A stretch of DNA of 64,000 nucleotides from Octopus sinensis. Lineage: Eukaryota. Shown piece after piece: positions 36,880-50,012 of the stretch (the stretch's first letter is position 1; each line of letters starts with the position of its first letter). A program made the position numbers and the translations under genes. The notes beneath the pieces are model-generated. The model saw only the letters and a program-made list of their open reading frames with translations, had not been told where the DNA came from and made no database searches. The stretch covers positions 62,062,001 to 62,126,000 of the forward strand of contig NC_043004.1 in the NCBI RefSeq assembly GCF_006345805.1. The letters are read 5' to 3'.

Positions 36880-38760
36880 AAGACCCGCCTGATATAAAAT
36901 AAGTAGTGACATTTTAGAAAAAGCATGGGGAGCAATATAATGGAATTCAACAAGGGAACCGAATGGGTAGGAAGAGAAGAAAGAAACGCCGAGATTGAAG
37001 ATCAATGATGGAACGTTGCTACGATGCATGAACTGACTCAAGCTCTATCTAAAAATCGTAAGTGGAAATCTCCTGGGCTTGATAAAATCCCAAACTTCTG
37101 GATTATTAGTCCCTCATTACCACACCATCTGTCAATGCAATATTTCTCTAATATCATCAGAAACTCTGAAGACAATCCATGGTTGGTAACATTAGCGATA
37201 TCTTAGCTACTCACTAAAACAAGCGACACATGAAACCCCCAAAAAGCTACAGGCGGATCGCTTGTTTGTCTACCATGTACAAAATATTTACATCTATCCT
37301 CATCGAAAGAATGTACCACTTTTTCGATGAAAACAACATCCTTCTCTGTGAACAATGATGGTGCAAAAGAATCATACACGGTTGCAAAGACAAGTTATTA
37401 ATAAACCGGATGCTACTCGAAAATTGCTAATTCACATAACGAAATAAGCCGAGAAATATTTCAAGGCGAATCAATTACTCCTCTCCACTTCTGATTCCCT
37501 CATTTCCTTGTCTTTTAAACTGAATAGAACAAATCACACCACATAATGTCTGAAAATATAATCTCACATTTACTCTGAATGAATGACCTGAAATTAAATG
37601 GAAAATATGACAGGGAGCTGCAAGGACTACTAGTAATTGTGATAATATTAAATGATGTCATAAAATATGGAATTTAGCCTAGACACAGATCAATGAAAGC
37701 AATGATCAGGAAATAGTATTATAGACTTGTCGGAATTATCCTGAAAACTGAGCAGAATTGCAGCTATAAAACCCCTGGATGTACTATTGGTCCAGTATAG
37801 TATGAATGTCATCCGTTGAAATCTGAGTGAATTCTGTCGTATGGACATAAAGACCAGGAAACTGCTGACACTAAATAGGATGCACCACCAAAAATCAGTG
37901 GTCCACAGACTCTATTACCTACGAAAGGAAGGCAGCAGTGTCTTAAGCCGACTTGAAACGTCCTATAAAACGTACCACTTATGACTCCAATTATACATCC
38001 AAAAGAATAGAAACTGGATGATATTGATGGTAAGGCAACACGAATAGAGAGAGTGAATACACTTAGTCTCAAAGGAGACATCATATAAATACAAACGAGT
38101 GCTTAGCGTCCTTGATGATGATGACAAGGTGGACACACCACGCTCTAAGGCAGCAAAATGTGTAAACCAAAAGCCCATATCGAGACTGTGGCAAGAAAAA
38201 ACAGTGCATGTTCAATTCACCAAACGAGCTATGGGAACTGATGTAGATATGAGAAGTCATTAACGGCTACAGAATACTGGTTGGAAAGCTGCAACAGAAA
38301 GTTTTACCTTGCGAATGAATATCAGAGCCACTTCTCTGGTAACTACTGAGCAAATGTTGCAGACAATGCGGAAAACACAATGATAAAATGGAGAGTATTG
38401 ACCACACTGTTGCCGGTTGCTCAGTCCAAGCCCTTATAGAATATAAAACCAGGTATGGTAGAGTTTGGCCAATACTTGCCGTCACTATGTTATTCCACAC
38501 CCAAAGACCTAGTATTCGCACCATCCAGATTCAGTCACTGAGGGAGAGAATGTTACCATTCTATGGGATTATCTGATACATACAGATAAGCAAAAAAAAA
38601 GCTAACAGACCAGACATGGTTATTAAAGACTAAGGACCTGAAAATGTATGGTGAATGATATGACAGTGCTATCTCAGCAGAGCGGTCCGAACAAAGTTGA
38701 AATATTAGGACCTTGAGACAGATATTTAGTACGTGGCAATTAAAAACCAAAACTGCTGTA
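36880..38760 (+). mobile_element. Heavily decayed R4/Dong-like REL-LINE
   Basis: WKSPGLDKIPNFW; ACLSTMYKIFTSIL; L*MNDLKL (YMDDLKL equivalent, ~37555); CRQCGK..IDHTVAGC knuckle; NRPDMVIKD. Confidence 0.8.
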
Positions 38761-38802
38761 AGTGTACATTATTTATATTATTTACATTATTTAAATTCCA
38801 CA

Positions 38803-38970
38803 GATATTTGTCCTCATCTTGTTTGTTGTTAACACACCTTGTTTGTAGTTAAAAGTATCTTAAATCCTTCACACTAATCTGCCATCTTAATTTCAAGTAA
38901 AAGTTATACTTTTATAAAATAATGCTAAATTATTGTTGTGTTAACAACAAACAAGATGAGGACAAATATC
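38803..38970. repeat. Perfect 33-bp inverted repeat, same family as the 51994-52263 palindrome
   Basis: 38803-38835 gatatttgtcctcatcttgtttgttgttaacac is the exact reverse complement of 38938-38970. The 102-bp spacer is unrelated. Confidence 0.9.
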
Positions 38971-39034
38971 CGTCGATAATTCAGTTAGTTGAAGTAATCT
39001 GCTTCCTCTTATTTTTCGTCTTCTTTTTGATCTC

Positions 39035-39202
39035 TTTCTTCTTCTTCTTCTTTTTTTTTCTTCTTCTTCTTCTTTCTTCTTCTTCTTCTTCTTCTTCTTC
39101 TTCTTCTTCTTCTTCTTCTTCTTCTTCTTTCTCTTCTTTCTCTTCTTTCTCTTCTTCGTATTCCCCCCTCTTCTTCCTCATCTTCTTTTTATTCCTCTTC
39201 TC

Positions 39203-39233
<31 letters not shown>

Positions 39234-39235
39234 TG
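39035..39235 (+). repeat. (TTC)n followed by (AAT)n microsatellite
   Basis: Visible tandem units. Confidence 0.95.
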
Positions 39236-39241
39236 CAGTAT

Positions 39242-39779
39242 AATGTCCTGATACAGTACGAGACAGAGGCTCTAATGGATTTTGATAGTAACTGATTGGA
39301 AGTTTTATCATATACAATGTTTTCGAAGATGGACAGCAGCATCCATTCTGCCCATACCACAGATTTGCATGTCAGTTGCTTGATAATAACCCGTTGAGCA
39401 TATCCATCAGTAGCTGACGATATGTTCATCTCTGATCACGAGCTGGAGTAGGTGATGAGTGACTTAGCCAGTCGATTTATTTAGGGTTTTTATAATTGAC
39501 CTCTGAAAACATGGGTGTTTTAGTCATCATTCTTAAACAAATCTTATTCAAGAACATTTTGATCGGGCCAGGTTACTCAATCTGAAGGCAATTCTAATTG
39601 GGTCCCGCCTGCAAGGCCATGCGCTGGTTACCTTGATATAAGATCACCATGTAATGCACATACGATTGCGATGCATGTGTCTGGAGTGCCCTTATCAGAC
39701 GGTTAGTCGTGATGGGTATTTTGGGCTTCGTATATTTTACCCCAATGTCACTTTGATGGCATGCGCTGCTCTCTCACTC
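39242..39779 (+). mobile_element. Older full-length copy of the ~550-bp (AAT)n-associated element
   Basis: Starts aatgtcctgatacagtac and ends ctgctctctcactc. Reverse-complement homolog of 26497-27050, with (AAT)n-type tracts on both sides. Confidence 0.8.
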
Positions 39780-39906
39780 TATAATAACAATAATAACAAT
39801 GGTGATAATAATTATCATGATGTTGATGATGATGATGATAATGATGATGATGATTATGATCATGATAATCATGGTGATTATAAAATCATCAACAACAATA
39901 ATAATA

Positions 39907-39964
<58 letters not shown>

Positions 39965-39989
39965 TAATAATAATAATAATAACAACTTA

Positions 39990-42804
39990 TGGTTGAAATA
40001 AATATCTAACAGGAATAAACAAAAAGCTGGCTGAAAACTTTAACGACATACTGGCAGAGGAAGAGACAATGCCTGAATGGCTCACTAAAGGGAAAACTGT
40101 CCTAATTCCCAATTCCAACGAAACGCCAAAACCACATAACTACAGACCTATAACCTTTCTCCCTACAATGTACAAAGCATTTGCTTCAGTAATATCGCAA
40201 AGATTGCACAAGCATTTGGACGAAAACAACCTGGTTCCTGAAGAGCAGAAAGGATGCTGCAAGAGCTCATATGGCTGTAAAGATCAACTAGTGATCAATA
40301 AAGCCATAACTGAAGACAACCACAGAAAGAATAAAGGCCCCAGTGTGGCCTGGATCGAATACCGAAAGGCGTTTCATAGCATTCCCCACACGTGGATCCT
40401 CGAAACACTAGCCATTAACAAGGTAGCACCCACAATTATAGAATACATAGGGCACTCTATGAATAAATGGTCGACAGTACTACAGCTCCAAACAAAAGAG
40501 GGGCTCATGAAAACCAAAGCCATCCCCATCAGAAGAGGAATATTCCAGGGAGACACGCTCTCTCCACTCCTTTTCTGCTTGGCACTGACACTTCTATCTG
40601 ATATGCTAAATAGAGCTGGATGCGGATATTAATGTTACGGCAAAACGATCAGCCACCTTTTATATATGGATGACCTAAAACTATAAGCTACAAATGATAA
40701 ACAGCTGAAAACACTACTACAGACAGTTCATGGATTTACCAAAGAAATAGGTATGAAATTTGGATTAGAAAAATGCACCAAAGCAACCCTAAAAATAAGT
40801 AAAGTAGTTAAGTGTAAAAACATCGCACTAGATAAAGCCAATGGAATAAGAGAATTAGACAAAAGCCAAACTTATAAATATTTAGGAATCCATGAACTAG
40901 ATATGATACAACACACAAATGAACGAGAAAATAAAGAAAGAATACTATAGACGAGTTAGATCAATACTAAAAACAGAGTTCAATGCTAAAAACAAGATAA
41001 TAGGTATTAACACTTTAGCCGTCCCAGTTATAAGTTACAGCTACAATATCCTTAACTGGACACTACAATGAACTAACCAAAACAAGAACATATAGAAGGT
41101 GGCAGAGGCCTTATACAGCTGGAAAACTATTATAAAATAACCACCTGATAACTGCACAGATATCTACTTCAGAAGCAAGGAAAACTGATACAAATAGCGG
41201 CAAAACAGGAGCAAAACAAAAAAATTGTTGTCAATATTTAAGGAAGCTGACAAATACAAACAAGAAATCGTGCCACCTAACAAATATGAAGAAGAAAAAG
41301 AAGAAGAAGAAGAAGAAGAAGGAGAAGAAGAAGAAGAAGAAGAAGAAGAAGAAGAAGAAGGAGAAGAAGAAGAAGAAGAAGAAGAAGAAGAAGAAGAAGA
41401 AGAAGAAGAAGAAGAAGAAGAAGAAGAAGAAGACGATGACAACACAGTACAGAATAGTCGGCGTCTCAACAGATGGTGTGCCCCAACCATTATAAACGTT
41501 TATTATTCTCACATCTCCCGGAAGCTCAGTTTGAACCCTCTTCTGGATGGTTTGGATGCAACAAGTCTGAAGCAACAGTCCAGGATTAACCGAACATTGT
41601 TAGCTCCTTTTTAAAGTAGTTTATCCAGGCATGCAATGTATTCATGTGGCTCTATTTATTTAATTTTGGTTTTAATAAACCCGAATAAGGTCGAATGTTG
41701 GCGCTATTTTAATATCTTTACTAATATTTATTTTAATCTTTATGAAAGAAGAGAGGATAAAGCAGAAATATGAGGACCGACGTTGATAATATGGAACATA
41801 TTTTATTCTTCTTAACCCTCTGAATCAAGGCTGTTACCTTACTATTCCTTATATAATAGTTGTATATGTTAAAGAGAGAACAGTAGCCAAACCTTCCTCG
41901 AACATACCATAACGCTTTTGTAAATGAAAAAAAAGTATTATCTTATAATTCTGAAGAAACGTAACATTTTTTGTTTTTCTAAGTTAATTGGAAAAGTAGT
42001 TTGATGGTCCCCGAACTTTTCTGATTGAAGCTCAGGACTCAAATCAGAGACAGAGGGATCTTTAATTGCAGCACAAGACCAAAGCCTCCTCACCAGAGGT
42101 TACCAAAAACATATAATGAAAATACACATAACAAGTAACTGCAGAATATGTGAATATAGACAAGAAAAATAAATCATATTATATCTGGCTGCCCAGTTCT
42201 GGCTAAGAAGGAACATATACAGAGACACGATAGAGTTTGGACCTACATACACTGGAAGCTATGCCAACTTTATGGAATAACAACAGAAAAAAGATGGTAT
42301 TGGCACACACCAGAAAAGTCACAGAAAACGAGAAAGCAACCATACTCTGATATATGCCAATACACACATATAGGGAAATTGAGGCCACTAGGCCAGATAT
42401 AGTTGTCAGAGATCAAGAAGAAAGAACACGCTTTCTAATTGATGTATCAATACCGGCAGATGACAACGTTTCTCTAAAAGAAATGGAGAAACTATCAAAA
42501 TACAAAGACCTGGAAATAGAGGTAAACAGAATGTGGAATCTAAAAACAGAAATAATTCCTATCATAGTAGGCGCATTAGGCATGATAAAAAATATTCAGA
42601 CAAATACATAACAAAAACACCAGGACTTACAAACACATATAACATACAGAATATTGCACTACAGGGCACTGCACACATCCTACGCAAAACACTTTCAATA
42701 CAGTAACCATCAGAGCATCACAACAAACCACAGCACATACCCAAGGCACACAGAGCTGCGCTCGATTGTGAAGTGAAAGCATGCTATAAAAATAAAACTG
42801 CTGA
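39990..42804 (+). mobile_element. 5'-truncated R4/Dong-like REL-LINE (family 1), interrupted at ~41290-42027
   Basis: RT: PEWLTKGKTVLIP..YRPITFLPTMYK..EEQKGC..IEYRKAFHSIPH..RGIFQGDTLSPLLFCLAL..HLLYMDDLKL..FGLEKC. C-terminus: ETEGSLIAAQDQ, CRIC..HIISGC, RPDIVVRD..LIDVSIP..EKLSKYKDL. (AAT)n tail from 42805. Confidence 0.93.
41286..41435 (+). repeat. (GAA)n microsatellite within the LINE
   Basis: Follows 'cctaacaaatatgaagaa', the same context as the short GAA-rich tract of the 27193-28137 copy. Confidence 0.95.
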
Positions 42805-42846
42805 ATAATAATAATAACAATAATAATTATAATAATAATAATAATT

Positions 42847-42924
<78 letters not shown>

Positions 42925-43420
42925 GTTTTGTCTTGGTATAAAAGATGGGCTACAGCAAATATTCTGCTCAATACCACAGATTTGCTTGTCAGTTGTTTGA
43001 CCTTAACCAGTTTAGCATGCCCCTTAGTGGCTGACGATATGTGCATCTCTGATGACGAGCAGAAAGTAGGGGGGAGCATCATAGCCATGTGTTGAGAGGG
43101 ATTCTTTGGGGTTTGAATAATTCACCTCTGGAGATGGGTGGTTTTTTCAACATCCTTAAACAACCCTTATTCAGGGACCGTTTGAGCGGGATGGGCTACT
43201 CAACCTGAAGAAAATTCTAACGGCCCCACCTGCAAGGTCATGTGCTGTTATCTGTTTATGAGATCACCATGTCGCGCACATATGGTTGTGATGCATGTGC
43301 CTGGTGACCCTTATCAGATGGGTAGTCATGATGGGTATACTGGGCTATATTTTACCCCAGTGTCACTTTGATGGCATGCACTGCTCTCTCACTCAATAAT
43401 AATAATAATAATATAAAATA

Positions 43421-43456
<36 letters not shown>

Positions 43457-43975
43457 ATAATAAGTTTTGTTCTTGGTATAAAAGATGGGCTACAGCAAAT
43501 ATTCTGCTCAATACCACAGATTTGCTTGTCAGTTGTTTGACCTTAACCAGTTTAGCATGTCCCTTAGTGGCTGACGTATGTGCATCTCTGATGACGAGCG
43601 AGAGAAGTAGTGGGGGAGCATCATAGCCATGTGTTGAGAGGGATTCTTTGGGGTTGGAATAATTCACCTCTGGAGACATGGGTGGTTTTTTCAACATCCT
43701 TAAACAACCCTTATTCAGGGACCGTTTGAGCGGGATGGGCTACTCAACCTGAAGAAAATTCTAACTGGGCCCCACCTGCAAGGTCATGTGCTGTTTATCT
43801 GTTTATGAGATCACCATGTCGCGCACATATGGTTGTGATGCATGTGCCTGGTGTACCCTTATCAGATGGGTAGTCATGATGGGTATACTGGGCTATATTT
43901 TACCCCAGTGTCACTTTGATGGCATGCACTGCTCTCTCACTCAATAATAATCAATATAATATATATAATAATATA

Positions 43976-44010
<35 letters not shown>

Positions 44011-44489
44011 GTTTTGTCTTGTATAAAAGATGGGCTACAGCAAATATTCTGCTCAATACCACAGATTTGCTTGTCAGTTGTTTGACCTTAACCAGTTTAG
44101 CATGTCCCTTAGTGGCTGACGATATGTGCATCTCTGATGACGAGCAGAAGTAGTGGGGGAGCATCATAGCCATGTGTTGAGAGGGATTCTTTGGGGTTTG
44201 AATAATTCACCTCTGGAGACATGGGTGGTTTTTTCAACATCCTTAAACAACCCTTATTCAGGGACCGTTTGAGCGGGATGGGCTACTCAACCTGAAGAAA
44301 ATTCTAACTGGGCCCCACCTGCAAGGTCATGTGCTGTTTATCTGTTTATGAGATCACCATGTCGCGCACATATGGTTGTGATGCATGTGCCTGGTGTGCC
44401 CTTATCAGACGGGTAGTCATGATGGGTATATTGGGTTTCGTATATTTTACCCCAGTGTCACTTTGATGGCATGAACTGCTCTCTCACTC
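42925..44489 (+). repeat. Tandem array of three ~470-480-bp 5'-shortened copies of the (AAT)n-associated element separated by (AAT)n
   Basis: Units 42925-43394, 43464-43942 and 44011-44489. Each starts gttttgt(t)cttg(g)tataaaagatggg and ends ctgctctctcactc-aataat. Confidence 0.92.
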
Positions 44490-46189
44490 AATAATAATAA
44501 TAATAATAGTAACGCTCCTGAGTGTGACAAAAAGCTGCAATTGGTTGAAAAGTACAAGCCAACGGAGTATAATATTTATGAATATTTGCAATCTAGAGAG
44601 TAACCGTCACGTCAGTAGTTTTAGGAACATAGCAACCATGAACATCCAGATTTTAGAAATCGATTTGAGGGAGCAACTCACTTTGTAATTTACTCTTTTA
44701 GTGACAGTGAGGGTTTTGAGATTGGTGCTAGTATGTTATGCATGAATAATATATCCATAATGGACATTTATATGATTAAGTATAATCGTGATTTTGTTAA
44801 TAATAAATTGTGGAAAGACATCCTCTGAGATCTTTCAAAATAGGTTGCTCTCCGTTCTCACAGGATTGACTTGCTCTCTACTAAATGAAATGTTAATTTT
44901 CTCGTATTTGTTCTCTCGTTTTCTGATGATTTAAATCAAAGTATTTTGTTCCACTTCAAATACATGACGAAAAGTGAATGATATGCCCATAAGGAAATGA
45001 AAAGTAATAATTCTATGAATAATAAGTTTCGGTGGCTGTTAATTATCAACGGGGATGGATTTTCTTCAAAATAAAGCATATTCTATGCATGAACGATATA
45101 TTGAAAATCTGTTCTCATTAAGGACAAGAATGAAACAATTTTATAAAAGAGACATAATGATAAATTATTAGGAGAAAAAGGAAGATCGCAAATTATAGAA
45201 ATTTAAAAAAAATATTACGTGATTACTTCTGTTACATTGGTTTACATGAAAGAAAGTAAATTATCAAAATATTGATAATGTTAGAAACAGAAAAAAAAGA
45301 CAAAAGAAACGAAGAAGCCTTCACGCTTTTAATAATTTTGCATTTGTTAGAAGATCAAAAGTGTTACAGTTTAGACAGCTTAGTCTTCAAAATGTCTGCA
45401 ATCAATACATTCAAAAGTTCATCATTAAAAACAAGCGATTTCTAATTCACTGAAGATTTTTCTTTTATTTGAAAAATAATATATTTTCTATTGTATTCGT
45501 TTTCCTTTACAATCAAGGAAATGTCAAATTAAAGAAATTGTTTTTAAATGAGAAAAGTTTCCAGAATCCGGTAAACGAGAAATTAACATTCGTCATACCA
45601 CGCCTCCCCTCACCAAACCAAATCTGTTGACTAATGAACCAATGGACGAAAAGCTTCGTATTTGCTTGATATGTTAAAACTGGTAAACGAGTCGCTAATG
45701 GCAATGGACGTTTGACAATTTATTACTAAATATATTGTAGCTATTCAATAGGTTGTTTTAAGCCGTAAAGCTTTCAATTATAGATCTATCCAATAAAGGC
45801 TAATTATATATATATCAAAACATTAAATTAGTTACTAAGTACAATTTAGAAATAGTGAATTATATATTTCGATATACAAGTTTAATTCATTGAACCAAGC
45901 GACCGAGGGAGCCACACCAAAAAAGAACAACACTAACCCACAATACAACACATTAAATTTGCATAAATATATAATTCTGTATTATCTTCACATGTCCAAT
46001 CATTTAGGGGAAAAAAGAGAATGTATTCTATTGATGCCAAAATGATAAAAGGTAAAATTTATAAGAATGTTTCGCATTAAGAAATATACTGACAACAAAT
46101 TATAAGCGATTGGTGCAGTCCCTAGTTATTTGAATCTATTTCATGAGAAATATACATGCATATATATATATATATATATAATATATATA

Positions 46190-46235
<46 letters not shown>

Positions 46236-46900
46236 ACGTATTTACATATGCATACATTTATACATAAACATATACCTATGTAGATATATATATATGTGCA
46301 CACCCATACATAAGCATTCATAAATGTGTGTGGGTGTGTTAAACTACTGAGTGCGACAGCGTCCAATCAGTTCAAATTTCCAAAGATTTTCAGGCAGTTA
46401 AATACGAGCAGTCCACTTATACAAAGTTGCTTTTGTCAGTCACTCAAAGAAAAAAAAAGTACATTATAAATTGAGTAAGAGTAGGTTTGTTCTACGACGT
46501 TAGATGTATTATTTAGAGAACAATAGACATTTTTTTTTACTTAGGCGTTGTGAAAATAGAAAAAAAACGTATGATGATTCTCATGTTGTTCACTAACATT
46601 AATATATGAGTGTTGGAAATGTATTTTATATACAATTTTTACTGGAAGATTTTTGTTTCTCTTTCAAATGTGGTCATTATTTTTACTTAGAATATATTAG
46701 TTTCAAATTTTTGTAAAAGACTAGAAAATCCGTGAAAATCGATTGTATTGAAATTTGTGATAAACAGGCACTATTTGAAAGAAGCGAGTGATAAATAGAC
46801 AATTATTTTATCGACCCCGATTAAACAAGGAAAGTAAAGACAGACGGAATGTCGATAAGATCTTCGTTCGGCGTACCACCTTTTGAAATATATGTATATT

Positions 46901-47280
46901 CGGATCTTTTCGGTTTGAACGGCAGTTTTTAACATAATTTCTAGGTAAGTAAAAAATTTTAAACTTCGTATACTGGTAGAATGTGTTTATAAAACATCTT
47001 TTTCTCTTGGCTTTATTGAGAAAATTCTGTAGTTTCTGCAATTTCAACCAATCACTGACGTCTATTGAGGTAAAAAAACATTCTGTGCTGTATGAATATG
47101 ACCCTCGTTTAAGAAACAGATTGGGTTTATTTACATTTGTGAATAAAAAAGATACCTTTCCCCCCACCCCTAACCATAAAACAGATTGAAATGCAATAGA
47201 TCGACACTAGGGTCATAATTGTGGGTGACAATTTCATATGACACCGCTAGAAAAACTGCCGTTCAAACCGAAAAGATCCG
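46901..47280. mobile_element. MITE with 30-bp TIRs
   Basis: cggatcttttcggtttgaacggcagttttt ... aaaaactgccgttcaaaccgaaaagatccg, with the direct repeat TATATT on both flanks (46895-46900, 47281-47286). Confidence 0.85.
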
Positions 47281-47298
47281 TATATTCTTTTCTGCTCT

Positions 47299-47855
47299 AG
47301 ACACAAGGCCCGATATTTTGGTGGGACGGAGCCAGTCGATTTCATCGAAACCAGTATACATCTGGTACATAAAGTAATCGAACCCGAAAGGATGAAAGGC
47401 AAAATCGACATCGGTGGAATTTGAACTTAGAAAATAAAGACAGACGAAATATCGCTATGCATTCTTATTTCTTTATTGACCACAAGGGGCTAAACACAGA
47501 GGGGACAAACAAGGACAGACAAACGGATTAAGTCGATTACATAGACCCCAGTGCGTAACTGGTACTTAATTTATCGACCCCCGAAAGGATTAAAAGAAAA
47601 GTCGACCTCGGCCGAATTTGAACTCAGAACGTAGCGGCAGAAAATACCTATTTCTTTATTACCCACAAGGGATTAAACACAGAGAGGACAAACAAGGACA
47701 GACAAACGGATTAAGTCGATTATATCGACACCAGTGCGTAACGGATACTTATTTAATCGACCCCGAAAGGATGAAAGGCAAAGTCGACCTCAGCGGAATT
47801 TGAACTCAGAACGTAGCGGCAGACGAAATACCGCTAAGCATTCTGCCCGGCGTGC
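47299..47855 (-). mobile_element. Three head-to-tail SINE copies (family D; central domain gcctttcatcctttcggggtcgataaa..agtaccag, Meta/MESC-like from memory)
   Basis: Units ~47299-47462 (older), ~47463-47641 and ~47642-47855. B-box-like gagttcaaattcc in each. Confidence 0.85.
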
Positions 47856-49919
47856 TCTGTCACTTCACCGCATTCTTAAATATATATATATTAAACGAAG
47901 ATTTTATGAAGATTAATTATAATTAGTCGGGAATATATCAGAAATTGGAATTTTAAAGTATATTACTATTGAATGCAATACATTTTAGGAAATTACTCAA
48001 TGATTTTATCTACTAAATAATTTAGTATCTATCTACTCTGTTGTTTAACAGGTCATTTTATAAGCTTATATTGCCATAGATATTTCTTTTCATCTTCAAA
48101 TATACGTTTCCGATTTAGATTATTTAGCTGTAGGAACATTTATAGAGTTTTGCACTGAACATTATATTTCGATAAATATTATAAGAATAATCCATCATAT
48201 AGCAATATGAAAATCTCTCATAACCGTAGTCAGGCCTTTCAATGGAATCCAAGGCCGATTTAAAAACATCTATATTTAGAATAAGAATCAAGCATAATCT
48301 GCACATTCATTTCAAGCAATTTTTTTCCCTTAAAATATGTATCAAATCTCTTTCACACCACTGCAAAATACTGAAATCACAAAGTAAACCCTTTAAAATG
48401 ATAACTTAATAAAAATACAATTAGTGAAAGAGAACTGACTGCTCTATATAAGGTATAAATCTTAATTCTTCAGTGACCGAAAGAAAACAGTTAATATTAG
48501 TGAAGCACACGATTTTTTATTATTTTACTGTTTGAAAATGTGTATCTATCCAACGCAGTTCACATTTGCATAACATCACTTAGATGCGTTGCGGTCTCTA
48601 CGTTTTACTACATGATGATTACTTAAGTTAATGTATGTGAACGTGTGTGTCTAAATGTGTATAGTTATTTATCTTAAACGAATCAAATGAAATAGATTTA
48701 GTTAGAATGTTCTTTTTCCGTAATTAGGTACGTTCAGAAATTGGTTCATCGAACTATAAAATATTAATTTCTAAATATTTGTATGGTTGCATTCAATTAT
48801 CGACAATAAAAACGCGAAGGTAGGACTGTATACTTACTGTGTATAAACTTGGAACTGAAATATGGGAAAATACATATAACAATATGTTTGAGTCCACCAG
48901 GCTACAATTATCTTGGAAATAAGCTTAAACATTGGCGAACAAGTTTAGTCTCATTATTTCCTTTCTGAAATATATGTTGCGATGTAATCAAATGTGACTT
49001 TTGTAAATAAACCATATTAAAGATTTATCTACGTTTCAGCAATAATGCGCATTTCTATGAAGTTCCCTCAGATGACAGAACCGTATCTGCTATAGAATTA
49101 ACGCCAAAGAAAAGACAATTGACAGCCATAGTAACAAAAGCCTTGGAGGTTGAGATTCATTAAAGATTTAGATAATGCGGTAGGTTCAGAACGATAATTG
49201 AATGAATCAAAATGAAAGACAGGAAAATAATCATGCTAATACACCTATGAATAAGAGTGAAAATACGTACTAACACACATACAGGGACACACACATATTT
49301 ATTTGAAGTATGTACACAGATGCCTGCATGTGTGAGCTTGATTCGGTCACTGGGCTACAACACTGCTGAGGCATCGCCTTCACGTTTTAGTTGCATGTAT
49401 GTACATGTGTATATGTGTGTATGTGTATTTGTATGTATGTGTGTGTATGTATGTCTGCGTGTGTGTGTTTGTGTGTGTAGAAAGGAGCAGTCAGTGGTGT
49501 CGTACATACTGCATGTATTCCTATCTATCTCCTTTTGTATCTTTTCTCTTGTCAAAGACAATATATCTCTTTAACTCGTCTGGTCTATCGACCGTCCATG
49601 TTTGTTTTCTTCTCGGTTTCCTTGTATGTCTCCACTGTCTTGTTTTTGTTACCCACTTTGACCTTCCCCAAATCACAAACTTTATTTTGGTTCGCGGGAG
49701 CAACTGCCTTCAAATTCTTATATTATCGTTCAATGCTCGAAATAACGAGTAGAAGTACGGCCGACAACTGATGAAGGCTCTTTCTTTACGTTGCTTGTCT
49801 TTTTTTCCATTTGTCTCTCTCGTTGTTTGCATACCGAGCTTTATTTTCGTACTTCATGTTGTTTACTTTTTGTGATGTCATGTACCCATATATGCATATC
49901 TATATACATACACACACAC

Positions 49920-50012
<93 letters not shown>

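Noticed and set aside
43049-43066. CTGATGA-CGAGCA-GAAA inside the passenger unit
   Set aside because: No stem II can form, and other copies read CTGATCA and GAAG, so it is a chance match to a hammerhead core.
42925-44489. Repeat-spacer-like alternation suggesting a CRISPR array
   Set aside because: Units are ~480 bp, the 'spacers' are (AAT)n, the context is eukaryotic and there are no cas genes.
44560-44625. CRE-like gtcacgtca and RFX half-site-like atagcaac
   Set aside because: Short motifs expected by chance, with no associated gene start.
46808-47189. ORFs of 119 aa (-) and 68 aa (+)
   Set aside because: They lie almost entirely within the MITE and show no transposase motifs.
49768-49800. 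CTGATGAAGG hammerhead-like core in a pyrimidine-rich repeat tail
   Set aside because: No downstream GAAA or stem II; at most a decayed remnant.
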